The notes under the pieces are model-generated. The model was given only the letters and a program-made list of their open reading frames with translations, did no database searches and was not told the origin of the DNA. A DNA stretch of 63,572 nucleotides, the filler included, from Octopus bimaculoides (Eukaryota): assembly GCF_001194135.2 (NCBI RefSeq). It is 7 parts of 5 records of this genome, joined end to end, with 100 filler letters (N's around TTAATTAATTAA, not from the genome) between each part and the next. Parts side by side here need not be neighbours in the genome. Positions count along the whole stretch, not along the records: positions 1 to 29,979 come from NC_068981.1; 6 more parts are not named here. One strand, written 5' to 3'. Positions 1 to 13,534 of this stretch are shown one piece after another (the first letter of the stretch is position 1; every line of letters starts with the position of its first letter). The position numbers and the translations under genes were made by a program.

Positions 1-19
1 TATATATATATATATATAT

Positions 20-93
<74 letters not shown>

Positions 94-180
94 CCATATA
101 TGTATCTGTGTGTGTACATGTGCGTACTTGCGTATGTGTGTGCGTGTGTGTGTGTGTGTGTGTGCGCGCGCGCGTGTGCA
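1..180. repeat. (TA)n/(CA)n/(TG)n microsatellites
   Basis: Direct inspection. Confidence 0.95.
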
Positions 181-325
181 GGTGTACGCTTCTCCTTAAA
201 GCATGCACATACTGACCTATTGACCAACATAAGTGTCCATCCTACTTTCTGAAGCATCAGAGCCTTGCTACGTTATATCTTTGGCACGTGCAATTCTTGT
301 TCTTTTTTCTCTCGTCCTTTCCTGT

Positions 326-369
<44 letters not shown>

Positions 370-2271
370 TCTTTTCATTTCTTTTCATTTCTTTTCATAG
401 TCGTCTTACTCTCGCTGTAAGTTTGTTGTGTTCCATCCCCGTCTTCCCTTCTCTTAATCACCATATCTCTCTCAGTCAGTCGCTCCCCCATCTCACTCTG
501 ATGCTCTATGTTTCATGTCTTACCAGCTCAGTTTACGACGTGTATCAGTGTATGTGGCATTAATGTCTTGTCGAGCGTGTGATTGCGCTTGGGCGTATTT
601 GTGCATGTGCATGTATATATGTGTGTGCGAGTGTGTGCGCGTGTGCGTTCGCATGTGCGTGCGCGTGAGTATGAATGTGTGTCTTTGTCTGTATGTATAT
701 GTGTGTATATCTGTATTTATTGCTAAACCTCCAGGTCTAACTTGATAGATGATCAAAGAACATTTAACCTGCGCCTAATTTCTCTTACCAGCCATTGTTT
801 ATTTTCGCAGACAACTTCATTCAATATCCTTTATTAAAAATCAACGGTAATATTATGATATGATTGAGATTTAGCTGTAATTTCTAGTACGTGGTTGACC
901 ACACACAGGCTCACTGAACACTTGGCATTAAAATCATGCATTTGTGTGTGTATCTTCGGAGTATAGTGTAAGTTAATTCATATAGACATGTACGCAATAT
1001 GTCACTGATCCTGCATTTGTGTGCATAGATTTTTCTGTATATTCTTTTATCCTTTTGTTTCAGTCGTTTGACTGCAGCCATGCTGGAGCAGCGCCTTATG
1101 AGATCTAGCTGTAATTTCTACTACATATATATATATAATTAGAAAAAATTTTGCCAATCTGTACAAGCGGAAAACTCATGAACAGAGAGGGAATTCTGTA
1201 GGAAAGAAGGAAGGAAGGAAGGAAAGAAGGAAAGAAGGGAGGAAAGAACTAGTAAGTAGTGTGTGAATGTGTGTGTGTGTGTGTGTGTGTGTNNNNNNNN
1301 NNNNNNNNNNNNNNNNNNNNNNNNNNNNNNNNNNNNNNNNNNNNNNNNNNNNNNNNNNNNNNNNNNNNNNNNNNNNNNNNNNNNNNNNNNNNNNNNNNNN
1401 NNNNNNNNNNNNNNNNNNNNNNNNNNNNNNNNNNNNNNNNNNNNNNNNNNNNNNNNNNNNNNNNNNNNNNNNNNNNNNNNNNNNNNNNNNNNNNNNNNNN
1501 NNNNNNNNNNNNNNNNNNNNNNNNNNNNNNNNNNNNNNNNNNNNNNNNNNNNNNNNNNNNNNNNNNNNNNNNNNNNNNNNNNNNNNNNNNNNNNNNNNNN
1601 NNNNNNNNNNNNNNNNNNNNNNNNNNNNNNNNNNNNNNNNNNNNNNNNNNNNNNNNNNNNNNNNNNNNNNNNNNNNNNNNNNNNNNNNNNNNNNNNNNNN
1701 NNNNNNNNNNNNNNNNNNNNNNNNNNNNNNNNNNNNNNNNNNNNNNNNNNNNNNNNNNNNNNNNNNNNNNNNNNNNNNNNNNNNNNNNNNNNNNNNNNNN
1801 NNNNNNNNNNNNNNNNNNNNNNNNNNNNNNNNNNNNNNNNNNNNNNNNNNNNNNNNNNNNNNNNNNNNNNNNNNNNNNNNNNNNNNNNNNNNNNNNNNNN
1901 NNNNNNNNNNNNNNNNNNNNNNNNNNNNNNNNNNNNNNNNNNNNNNNNNNNNNNNNNNNNNNNNNNNNNNNNNNNNNNNNNNNNNNNNNNNNNNNNNNNC
2001 TCTCTCTCCCTATCTCTCTCTCTCTCCCTCTCTCTCTCCCCCCCTCTCTCTCTCTCTCCCTATCTCTATCTCCCTCTCCCCCCAACGACCTCCCCTCTCT
2101 CTCTCTTTCTCTCTCTCTTCTTTCTGCCTATTCTAATGGGCCTGTATTGGCTTCTTGCACCTTGGAGCTTGTTGGTCTCGTGCAACACAGTCAGGTATTC
2201 TCAAGTCACTCGTCTCTTCTCTCATTACCCTCGTCGCATCCAAGCCTCAGGCCCGGCACTACATACTAGTC

Positions 2272-2345
2272 CCTTCCTTGCTTCCTTCCTTCCTTCCTTC
2301 CTTCCTTCCTTCCTTCCTTCCTTCCTTCCTTCCTTCCTTCCTTCC
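2272..2345. repeat. (CCTT)n
   Basis: Direct inspection. Confidence 0.95.
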
Positions 2346-2936
2346 CGTCTTCTTTCTTTCCTTCCGTCTTATGCTCTTTCTATTCATGAGATTTCCGCTG
2401 GTACTGACTTACAATATTTCGTCAGGAACATTAATAGCCTCAATCAGCTCAGTCTTTCTGTAAAGGCCAGGGATGCCTCCCTCCAGATCCAGGAAGTAAT
2501 GAAAGTATTATGGTATATGTTATCAGGTAAAAGTATATGTTTTGTTACCGATTATGTATATTCTTAGGAAGTTAACCACATGAGTAATTCGAGGCAGTTG
2601 TTTTTGCGTAAAAAAAGTATCACATGTGTACTTTCCGAGTAGTTTTATACGCAGTTCTCTTTGCGACTGTAGGTTACAAAGGGATTTTGTCTTCTGATGC
2701 CACATGCACACACCTATCTATGTGTGTGTGCGTATGAATGTGTGTGTGTGTATGTGTGTGCATGTATATATAGATAGCAAAGGAATAAACGATTATCTTA
2801 TGAACTTCATTACCTTAGAGCTGTTTCTGTTATAAGATGCATTGGACATATAACTGAGTACTTGAGTAACGTTATAGCTTCATCAGAGCACTGAATATGG
2901 AATGTTATTTATTTAGGAAAAGAACTATATTTATAC

Positions 2937-2967
<31 letters not shown>

Positions 2968-4149
2968 NNNNNNNNNNNNNNNNNNNNNNNNNNNNNNNNN
3001 NNNNNNNNNNNNNNNNNNNNNNNNNNNNNNNNNNNNNNNNNNNNNNNNNNNNNNNNNNNNNNNNNNNNNNNNNNNNNNNNNNNNNNNNNNNNNNNNNNNN
3101 NNNNNNNNNNNNNNNNNNNNNNNNNNNNNNNNNNNNNNNNNNNNNNNNNNNNNNNNNNNNNNNNNNNNNNNNNNNNNNNNNNNNNNNNNNNNNNNNNNNN
3201 NNNNNNNNNNNNNNNNNNNNNNNNNNNNNNNNNNNNNNNNNNNNNNNNNNNNNNNNNNNNNNNNNNNNNNNNNNNNNNNNNNNNNNNNATAGGAAAATTC
3301 ATTGGTAATGCTTTTTCCCCAATCTCTAATATAGGATTTCTGTCTGTCTGTCTGTCTGTCTGTATGTGTGTAGACAAATTTACATGCCAAACCTTTCTAA
3401 CAGTAATACTTATGTATACAAGTATATTTATTATTTGAGTAATTTCGGTTATTGATGGCTTAACACGATGGAAACAGCCTTTGAGAGAATTTTAGCGATC
3501 CTAAATATCTCATGGCTTATTTCTGCTTCAGCTTTATTCTATCGATAACTGTTTATCAACTCTAAATCGACGGCTTAACTGACTGAAACTTCGAAAACAC
3601 CGTCAATAAAATTCTTGCGAAAGAATAATAAATTTGTACAGTAAAAAAAAGTATTAAACAATCTATCAGTTTAATGAAAAATCGGTTTTATTATAACATA
3701 AAAACACACACACACACACATACATATGTATATACATAAATACATACATACATATATGTAGATATATCGTGCACAAACACACATACACCAACAGAGGACG
3801 TGTTTTTCAGGCCTGTGATATTTTGGAATATGAAACACACGGGGCAATTTGCATGCATGGTAATATATTTATGTGTACATACATATCTTGAGAGCACAAC
3901 ATAAAATTACAAAGTTAGGTGCATATCTAATCTATGGAGATAGATAGCTTGTGATCCTGTTTCCCAACGTCTATGGCAGTGTTTTATAAGTCTTGCGCAA
4001 TAATCTAAGTTTCCAGTCGTCAGATGTCAATTAACATGATGAAATGAAGCAATATCAAAGACATTTTCCCCCTGCGGTTAACAAGAACAACAACAGCAAC
4101 AACAATCGCAACTTCAACTTATAACCGAACAAGAACAACATTATCAACA

Positions 4150-4357
4150 CAAGGAAGGAGAAGAAGAAGAAGAAGAAGAAGAAGACGAAGAAGAAGAGAA
4201 AAAGAAGAAGAAGAAGAAGAAGAAGAAGAAGAAGAAAATGAAGAAGAAAAAGAAGAAGAGAAAGAAGAAGGAAAAAAGAAGGAAAAAAGAAAAAGAAGAA
4301 GAAGAAGAAAAAGAAAAGAAGAAGAAGAACAATAACAACAATAATGGAAGCTGTAGT

Positions 4358-4403
<46 letters not shown>

Positions 4404-4691
4404 GACTCATAACAATTATTTCAGCGAGAATAATAATAACAGGAAGAGAAACAACCGTAAGAACTGCAATAGCAACATGAATAAGAGGAATAACAACAAA
4501 GACAACGTCTATCGACGTTAACGTCAATGACAAGAACAATAATTCCTAATAACAACAACCACTAACGACCACAGAACCAAAATGATGCTATCAGTCTCAA
4601 TGAAAGTGTTAATTAAGACAACGATAAAAACCGAATCATGACTGTAACATTATCACCCACCTCGTCGCCTTCTGTGTTACCACTGCAAACG

Positions 4692-4748
<57 letters not shown>

Positions 4749-5111
4749 TCACCACCACCACCACCACCACCACCACCACCACCACNNNNNNNNNNNNNNN
4801 NNNNNNNNNNNNNNNNNNNNNNNNNNNNNNNNNNNNNNNNNNNNNNNNNNNNNNNNNNNNNNNNNNNNNNNNNNNNNNNNNNNNNNNNNNNNNNNNNNNN
4901 NNNNNNNNNNNNNNNNNNNNNNNNNNNNNNNNNNNNNNNNNNNNNNNNNNNNNNNNNNNNNNNNNCCGACACCACCATCATCATCATCTTCCATGTTTTT
5001 CTTCAGAATAATATGATCATCATCGTCAATATAACTCTCACTCATCATCATCATCATCATCATCATCACCACCATCACAATCATCAAGGAGAACAACAAT
5101 AAGAGCAGCGT

Positions 5112-5175
<64 letters not shown>
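4150..5175. repeat. Compound trinucleotide region: (AAG)n, (AAC)n, (CAT)n, (CAC)n, (CTA)n
   Basis: Direct inspection; explains the homopolymeric-amino-acid ORFs. Confidence 0.95.
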
Positions 5176-6890
5176 ATAACGTGTGCATCATTACGTAGAA
5201 AGTAAAAGCGACATTGAATATCGGTCTCCCCCGTCATATTTCGCTGTAGGTTAGAAACTGGGAAACAATCCATATGGTGGTAGTTAGTTCATTCCAGACG
5301 TCGTCTCTACCGCAACAAGATGAAAAGCCTTTCGAGCTTTCTAGCTTCCGGCCAAAATCTTTGCCGTAATGTGATGTGGTTCGGAGGGCGAGCTATACGA
5401 AAAAAGATGATTGGGTAGTATGTCGCTCGACTAGAACTCTTAGTTTGTCCGCCATGCTAACTACAAAACAAAGCTGACAGAAAATATATACTTGAAGATT
5501 TTCGAAAACGGGTTGTGCGGTGGAGACACTATTTCTTTTCATTCTGTTTTAAGAATAATATTTTCAATTCTGCAGAATGATGCAATCATGTAACTTGGTT
5601 CAGTATATTACTGGTTGCTTCTAGCTTCTCTAAAACGCTACTTCAAATTTTATGAAATTCGTTCATTCTGTATATGTCTTCTATTCAGCTAACTTAACTC
5701 AATCTTACTTGCACAAACCCCTCATAAGTAAGAGAATATATATATATATATATATANNNNNNNNNNNNNNNNNNNNNNNNNNNNNNNNNNNNNNNNNNNN
5801 NNNNNNNNNNNNNNNNNNNNNNNNNNNNNNNNNNNNNNNNNNNNNNNNNNNNNNNNNNNNNNNNNNNNNNNNNNNNNNNNNNNNNNNNNNNNNNNNNNNN
5901 NNNNNNNNNNNNNNNNNNNNNNNNNNNNNNNNNNNNNNNNNNNNNNNNNNNNNNNNNNNNNNNNNNNNNNNNNNNNNNNNNNNNNNNNNNNNNNNNNNNN
6001 NNNNNNNNNNNNNNNNNNNNNNNNNNNNNNNNNNNNNNNNNNNNNNNNNNNNNNNNNNNNNNNNNNNNNNNNNNNNNNNNNNNNNNNNNNNNNNNNNNNN
6101 NNNNNNNNNNNNNNNNNNNNNNNNNNNNNNNNNNNNNNNNNNNNNNNNNNNNNNNNNNNNNNNNNNNNNNNNNNNNNNNNNNNNNNNNNNNNNNNNNNNN
6201 NNNNNNNNNNNNNNNNNNNNNNNNNNNNNNNNNNNNNNNNNNNNNNNNNTATATATACATACATGCATACAAACCTACATCCATCCATCCATCCAACCAT
6301 CCATCCATCCATCCATCCATACATACATACATACATACATACATACATACATACATACATACATGCATACTTACATACGTGCAGACTAGCTCTACTACCC
6401 AGTTGACTCTCGCACCTCTGCGTGTGTTCTATGGTTCTACGTATACATTCTAACACGGAGATTTCCATGGAATTCTTTTCACTGTATTGGTAAAATAAGA
6501 CAAAAAAAAAATTCTTCCTCTAATTTTTGCGTCTCTTGCTTCTTTTTCCTCATTTTACATACTGGACTAATAAATATACGGGTCAATTCATTTAGAGTTT
6601 TTCTGCTTCCACTCTATGTGAAATCTGTTTAATCTATCTATGTATAAATGCGTCTACAAGCATAAGTGCATGTACATATATATATATCTATGTACATATC
6701 TTTGTATTTTCGTCCTTGGTCATATATTGATGCACTGATGGTATTTATACATGTTTTAGATATTTTCATCAGTTTTCTACTAATCCTTTTGTTATTTCTG
6801 CACTTCAGTCCGCATTTGGCAAACTTTCTGTAATTTCTGATACTGGTTACTGGTTGAATGAGAATTTAGAGTTAAGTTGTTGCTCAAAAT

Positions 6891-7164
6891 CAGGGATTCT
6901 CAACCAATATTTTAAAAATTTATGGACTCATCTGATTACTATTCTATTCTTTCAAAATTTTTATTTTGTTTTATGCACATTAGCTTTAGTCGGTTGAACT
7001 ATGTAAAGTGTTGTAGTTTCTTGCAATACACACCAATGCTTACATCTAAAGCAAAATTTTTTAAATAATATTGTGGATCCTCAATTTACTATTTCGTTGC
7101 TTGAATCTTCAAAACTCTTATATGGATCCTCAAGGAAAATTTAGACCTCGTTTGAGAACCACAG
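6891..7164. mobile_element. hAT (Charlie-like) MITE
   Basis: Imperfect TIRs CAGGGATTCTCAAC / TTTGAGAACCACAG; perfect 8-bp TSD CTCAAAAT. Confidence 0.8.
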
Positions 7165-7311
7165 CTCAAAATGAGCTTCACAAATGTGTTTATATGCCTG
7201 GTACCGTATTTATCATTAATTGTACTGTACATTCTTATACACATGCATTCCATTTCACGAACTAATTTTAAACAATTGGAATTAGTAGTTGATGACATTA
7301 TTATAGTGAGG

Positions 7312-7527
7312 CAGAAGGTGGTGACATTGCATAATCATTAGCACACCGAACAAAATGATTAGCGGTGTTTCTTCCGGCTTTACCCTCTAAGTTCGAATTC
7401 TGCCAAGATTGATCTCACTTTTATCATTTCGGGGTCGTTAAAATAAATACTAGTTGAGTACTGGGGTCGATGTAATCGACTATATCTCTATCCCAAAATT
7501 TCAGGTCTTGTGCCTATTGTAGAAATG
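7312..7527 (+). mobile_element. SINE family B (tRNA-derived head; ctttcatcctttcggggtcgataaa..aagtaccag core)
   Basis: B-box-like aagttcgaattctgcc; homologous to 14195, 16178, 54215 and 58140. Confidence 0.7.
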
Positions 7528-7568
7528 TCAAATCAAGTCTCCTTATGCTTGAACTTCAGTGACTTTAA

Positions 7569-7784
7569 CCCTTTAGCATTCAGATTATTCTGTCAAATAT
7601 AATGCTGATTTATTTAAATTGGTTTTAATTAATCATACATTATCTCGTAGCTTTGAAATTTCAGTGATGTGGGTGTATATTTTTAGATTGACATTGCTAG
7701 GTGTGAGAGGCCGGATCTGACCAGCTTGTATATGTAATACAAAGAATATTTGCGCCTGATATGGCATGTTTAAATGCTTAAGGG
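7569..7784. mobile_element. piggyBac-like MITE
   Basis: TTAA on both sides; TIR CCCTTTAGCATT vs reverse complement of AATGCTTAAGGG (11/12). Confidence 0.8.
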
Positions 7785-8149
7785 TTAAACCACCTTGAAA
7801 ATAATCTGGAGGAGACCTCTTTACAACAGAATGACAGCAGTTGGTGAATATCCCTAAGTGATGTGAATTATTGAGGACTTTACCTCAAATAGGAATGTAT
7901 CGTGATTATGGATGGCTACCTGACCGATTTGTTTGAACTACTACTCCTTCCTGAAGAAAGTAGCATGCTGTCCACCACTTCATCATTTTTAATAGCTTAA
8001 TGGAGTTAATCATGAGAGTACTGAAAATCTTAGATAAACATCGATGTCTTTTCAATAAACATTCTGATGACAAAATTCTAATATCCACGTTCTTTCATAA
8101 ATTGAAAACCATCCCCTAAACAGTTAGAGGAAGCATGTGAAATAGCAAT

Positions 8150-8370
8150 AGCTTAGGGATACAAATAAACGGTAAAAAAGGAGCAAGTCCTGACACTGAG
8201 CAAAAGATGATTACATTTGAATGGTTGTGAAGTAGAACGCGACACAGAATTTGTTTTTCGGCAGTTTAGAAGCGAATACACATGAAGATGTGAAAAGTCT
8301 GGTCGCATTTGGAATCTACAACGTTTGGAAGAAACTAAGAATCTGAAAGAGGTTAGCAAAATTTATTTTA
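8150..8370 (+). mobile_element. Possible degenerate RTE-clade RT fragment
   Basis: LHLNGCEVERDTEF...GRIWNLQRL loosely resembles the RTE L.G..LE.V..F.YLG...AW..L block. Confidence 0.3.
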
Positions 8371-8377
8371 TGGAATC

Positions 8378-8701
8378 ATGATGATGATGAAGCTGATGAT
8401 GATGATGATGATGATGATGACGACGACGACGATGACGACGATGATGATGATGATAATGATGATGATGACGATGTGGTTGTGGTAATGGTGATCGAGATGG
8501 GAGTAGTGGTGGTTGTAGTGATGGTAGTGGTGGCAGTAGTGGTAATGGTATTAGTGGCGAGAGTGCAAAAGGGGGAAGGGGTCGGTGGTGATGGTGATAG
8601 TGTTTATCATGATCATGATGATTGTGATGATGACGACGGCAACAAAGATGTCAATCATTATCATGACTAATCTCTACAACCCCAACCACAAGTCGCTGCT
8701 G

Positions 8702-8740
<39 letters not shown>
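8378..8740. repeat. (GAT)n/(GAC)n/(GGT)n/(CAT)n compound repeat
   Basis: Direct inspection. Confidence 0.9.
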
Positions 8741-8741
<1 letters not shown>

Positions 8742-10049
8742 TTTTTTCTTCCATATATCACCTTTTCTTCTTACTTTTTTCTTTCCCTTTATCATCCTTT
8801 CTTTTATCCTTATTATCATAGACGGTGCAGTCGTATAGCAGAGCAGTTGTTTTGCTATATTAATTGTTGAATTGTTTCCATTTCTTGTCGTTGTTGGTGA
8901 TTTTCTTCTTCTCAGCTGAATCTTTTCATTAAAACCACCACAAAGCAAAACCCCCGCCAAGCCGGCTTGATTCGTTTCACTTGACAATTATCTTGACACC
9001 TACGTTTCTTAATTTGCCATTTACTCTTGCATTTTATATTAATAAACTTAAATACATGCACACGCACACACACACACACACCCACACACACACACACACA
9101 CGCACACACACACACACACACACGCGCATACACAATACACACACATGTATATGTATATGTATATGTATATGCGTGTATGTGTGTTTGTGTATTTGTGTGT
9201 ATGTGTAGAAACACTAGCAGTAACACCACCATCATTATTATTATTATGATTATTATTAATATTATTATTCGCCGCGGAATACGTAAGACGTTCTTTGGAA
9301 CACGCTTCGTAAGTTATGTTTTAAACTGCGTTTTTCACCCTGTCTTTACAAATATATGTTATTTATTTTTGTTACAATCTGACAATAAGAACACCAGGAA
9401 CCTTTGGGCAGGTGATCAGTTGTTGTTTCTGCCCCGTAAAGGGCAGTATTTATTCATCCGATTATCTATTGCACTCAGAAAACGCCCCATCTTGTGTAAA
9501 AAACACGAACACACAAGATGGCGCCATCATCACCACTACCATCGGCATCAGCGACCATCATTGGGAGCGTTGAGAGGGAAAGCCGTTCCTCCCACCAGCC
9601 CTCGCACAGAAGATCTCCCCCCCCCCTACATCCCGCGTCATATCACTTACTCCAAGCGACAGCAACAACAACAACAGCCTAAGCAATGTGAGAGCTCGTG
9701 AAGAATGTGAAATCAGTAGCAACGACAGTAGGAATGTGAAGACAGAAAAGAAAGNNNNNNNNNNNNNNNNNNNNNNNNNNNNNNNNNNNNNNNNNNNNNN
9801 NNNNNNNNNNNNNNNNNNNNNNNNNNNNNNNNNNNNNNNNNNNNNNNNNNNNNNNNNNNNNNNNNNNNNNNNNNNNNNNNNNNNNNNNNNNNNNNNNNNN
9901 NNNNNNNNNNNNNNNNNNNNNNNNNNNNNNNNNNNNNNNNNNNNNNNNNNNNNNNNNNNNNNNNNNNNNNNNNNNNNNNNNNNNNNNNNNNNNNNNNNNN
10001 NNNNNNNNNNNNNNNNNNNNNNNNNNNNNNNNNAAAAAAAAAAAACATA

Positions 10050-13000
10050 AAAAGGGAGCGGGTTAAAGCAGCGGTTCTTGTACTCACTGAATTGTTTTAA
10101 ATGAAGAGGAAAAAGCTATTTACTTTAAATGTGTCTCGCTAGAGCAGGAGAGCAGAAACAACATCTACCATGTCAAGTGGAGGTGGTTCTGTAGGACATT
10201 TTAGAAGACGTGGACCATTTACAAAGAATCAGACAGTATGTCAGCATCGAAGTCCTCTTCAGAAGTGAGGAACTCGCATGTAAACATACAGTAAGGCCCC
10301 CATGGAGTGAGGAGTGGGTCCTGTTCCAAACCTACCTCTCAAAAAGAACTGCCAGAATAAAAAATACCAGGCACACGTGATCTGACACACGTGATCTGAC
10401 ACACGTGATCTGGCTCCCATTTTCGACGATTTTGAGATCTACGCATCTCTTAGTCGGCCTGGAATGGGAGGCGGAGTGGAAGTGCTGTTTAGGAAAGGGC
10501 TAGATCTCGAAGTACAGACTATTTTCCTCGATCCAGAAGGTAATTTGGTGGTCCTGGATATGAGTAGCAGCGAAGGTGGTGCTTTCAGACTAGTCGCTGT
10601 GTACGCTCCAACCGGGGCGGGGCAGCCATATTTCTTCAGACGATTAGTGGGCAATTGGAACGCCATGCTGGATGCACGCCTGGATAGGATGGGGCTAGCC
10701 GATAGGAGAGTGGGGTGAAAAAAGCCTCAAAAGCTTGCTCAGTTGTTTCCAATTGGCTGACAAGTACCGACTGGATTTCCTGAATGCACCAATGTGGACA
10801 TTGGCGAACAAACCGGGTCATCCAGATCGTATTTAGATAGGGTATTCTGTAGGTCAGTAGATAGAAATAACATGGATTGTCCACAGTTCAAAATCATCGG
10901 CTACACAGACCACAAATTTGTGATCTGCACGGTCGACCTGGATAGGATCCATAGCCAGGACCCCGGGTACTGGAAGCTGAACGCAGCTTTCCCACCGCGT
11001 CGAGCATTCAGAAACTGGATAAGCGAGTTAGTCCATCGGAAGTTGGCGGGCGCAATCAACAACAGCCGTTGGTGGATAGCCCTAAAAAGGGTTATTAGAG
11101 TAGAGACAATAGGATTTAGTAAGGAAATAACCTTAGAGGGTAGAGGGAGAGCTAGTTAGAAAGCTAGAAGAGGAGCTTAGGAGAAGCATCACGACTGACA
11201 TGCCAAGCACGAAGGTTCCGTGTCAGAGCTAGGGCGCGTGTTCTAAGACATGAAGGGACGAGAGCCGTTCGATGGGACCGGATGACAGAGGTGCAACGTG
11301 GCAGCAAAGCCACAGTTCGGTCCGGGACGAGCGTATGCTACACGAGTCCAAGCAGATGTGTACGGAATTTTAGCAGCATTTCGCTGAATTGTTTGGGGTG
11401 CGCGGGGTGTCAAGGATGGAGGTGGATTTCACCTCCTATCTCGATGGCATGCCGCGCCTTTCGGCCAGGGATACGGAGTTCTGCGAAATGCTGATAACAG
11501 CCGAAGACATACAGGACGCGATGATGAGCTGCACAAGGAAGAAGTCTCCCGTGCTGGAGATTCTGCCCTTCGATCTTTATATCCATATGCCAGACTTGTT
11601 TGGCGATCTTTTGGCGGATGTCTACCACAACTGGCAGCAGAAAGGGAGAATGCCCAGTGCTATGAACCGTGGTGTGGTGTTGCTGCTGAGAAAGGACCTG
11701 AACAAGGGGAATCAAATAGATAATTCTTAGGCCCATAACTCTGCTAAACGCAGATTATAAAATTTTGGCCAAGGTCTTAACCAATAGGTTGGCGCTTGTC
11801 GTTAAGCTTGTCGGTTACGCGCAAACATGCACTATTCCGAACAGATCTATCCATGACAACCTCCAGCTCACGCACTACATCATAGAGAGGGTAGGGAAGG
11901 AACCTGACATGGATGGGGTTCTAATCAATTTGGATCAATCAAAAGCTTTCGACAGGGTCAACCATCAATACTTGGAGTCAGTCCTCGTAGCGGCCAATTT
12001 TGGTCCCGTTTTCAGAGGCTGGATCGTGGTAAACGGCTATCTATCGGAATCGTTTAGCATCGCCCACTCGGTCCCTCAAGAATTCCCACTCTCTCCTCTT
12101 TTATATGTGCTGGCTCTCAAGCCATTACTGAGGAAGTTGGATATTTCGAGGGGAAATCAGCGTGATTTAGGATGCGGAAAGGTTCGTGTCGGCTTACGCG
12201 GACGACATCACCGTAATAGTGTCAGATAGCTCGGAAATCGAGGTGATCGGTTCTACCATAAGGGAGGAGGAAGCGGTGACAGGAGCAAAAATTAATCAGG
12301 AAAAGTCTGTGGGCCTACAGCTCGGCACCTGGAGAAGCAGGTCCATGCCAACCGACAACGTTGTAGGGCGCTGGACAGAAGGACCGGTTAAATTTCTCGG
12401 GGTCTGATGTGGACCGGATGTCCAGGTGGTGAAGAAATAGGGGGAAATGACGAGCAGGGTAGCCAGTCTCACCCAGAAATGAATAGAGAGGAAGTTGTTC
12501 TGGAAAGGTCGGGCGGAGGTGGCGAATGCGTACATCGCTTCTGTCATTTATTACCGCCTGACCGTCGTTCTTTGCCCTGCTACATGGCTGACCAAGCTGG
12601 AGCGCTTGCTTTTCTGCTTTCTGTGGGGAGCTCTGCCGATTCGAGACAAGCTCTACAGACACGGAAGTACTGTTAGACGGACCTGTCCAAGGTATGCGCA
12701 AGGCTAAATTTCTCGGGGTCTGGTGTGGTCCGGATCTCCAGGTGGTCAAGAACTAGGGGGAAATGACGAGCAGGGTAGCCAGTCTCACCCAGAAATGAAG
12801 TACTGTCAGACGACCTGTCCAAGGTGTGCGCAGAGCTACGAAACCTCCCTGCACGCACTCGTCTAGTATTCGTGCATTATTGACCTGTGGAGATTTGTCG
12901 AACAGCTATTACCCCCTGAAGGACGGATCCGGTTATCAGCCGAGCGCAACGTGCAGATTGCCCCGCCGCCTTCTTTTCGTCTGGAAGGAAAGGCAGCTTT

Positions 13001-13465
13001 CCTCTGTCTGGTGGTTATAGCGAAAGAGGTAGTGTGGTGGACGAGACTGAAAGGCTTGAAGATAGATACTTTCCTCGTGGACTTTTTCAAGTTCTACTTG
13101 AAAAAGGAAGTAAAGGTAGAGAGGGAAGTTCTGCACCCCACACCTAGTAAATTTGTTGAAAGTTGGATGTATGTTGCGAGGATGGCCTGTGTGAATGGGC
13201 CTACTCTAAAGTTTCATTTGTAAGCCGGAGTTGAGGAGGAGAGGCGCCTGCCGAGATGCACTGGGCGGTCGGGATTACCAGGTTGTGTGGGGTTCTGCAG
13301 GTATCCTTGTTAGGAACTCCCCTCTTTTGGAAAATTTTTATTGTTAAATTGTTTGGCTATTTGTTTTTTCTTTGTTACTTATTGTATACGCGGAGTTGTT
13401 CAACACCCCACTTGTCCCTTGTATTGTATTGTCCCTATTTGTTTGGTGGCCAATAAAAGAAAGAA
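10050..13465 (+). mobile_element. Degenerate, internally deleted L1/Tx1-clade non-LTR retrotransposon
   Basis: APE endonuclease motifs (GGGVEVLFRK, LVAVYAP, VGNWNA, SYLDRVF, YTDHKFV, GYWKLN); RT motifs (RPITLLNADYKILAKVL, LDQSKAFDRV, PLSPLLYVL, SAYADDITV, GAKINQEKS); C-terminal zinc-finger-like remnant (LPIRDKLYRHG..CPR); AATAAA at 13452 followed by (TTA)n. Many frameshifts and stops. Confidence 0.92.
10100..10382 (+). pseudogene. Probable ORF1 remnant of the L1/Tx1-like element
   Basis: Reads DILEDVDHLQRIRQYVSIEVLFRSEELACKHTVRPPWSEEWVLFQTYLSKRTARIK directly upstream of the truncated ORF2. ORF1 identity is inferred from position. Confidence 0.45.
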
Positions 13466-13479
13466 TTATTATTACTACC

Positions 13480-13534
<55 letters not shown>

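Noticed and set aside
824-832. ATATCCTTT 13 nt after a cgcag acceptor-like site
   Set aside because: Would need a 13-nt exon, and no matching U12 branch site/AC or coding context was found.
2390-2530. Open frame NINSLNQLSLSVKARDASL ending at a GTAAAA donor-like site
   Set aside because: No good acceptor and no partner exons; could be a hAT transposase scrap.
1249-6468. Long ORFs spanning N gaps and microsatellites (also 20-21 kb, 28 kb, 34-35 kb, 40-42 kb, 60 kb)
   Set aside because: Length comes from X runs and dinucleotide/trinucleotide repeats; no coding signal.
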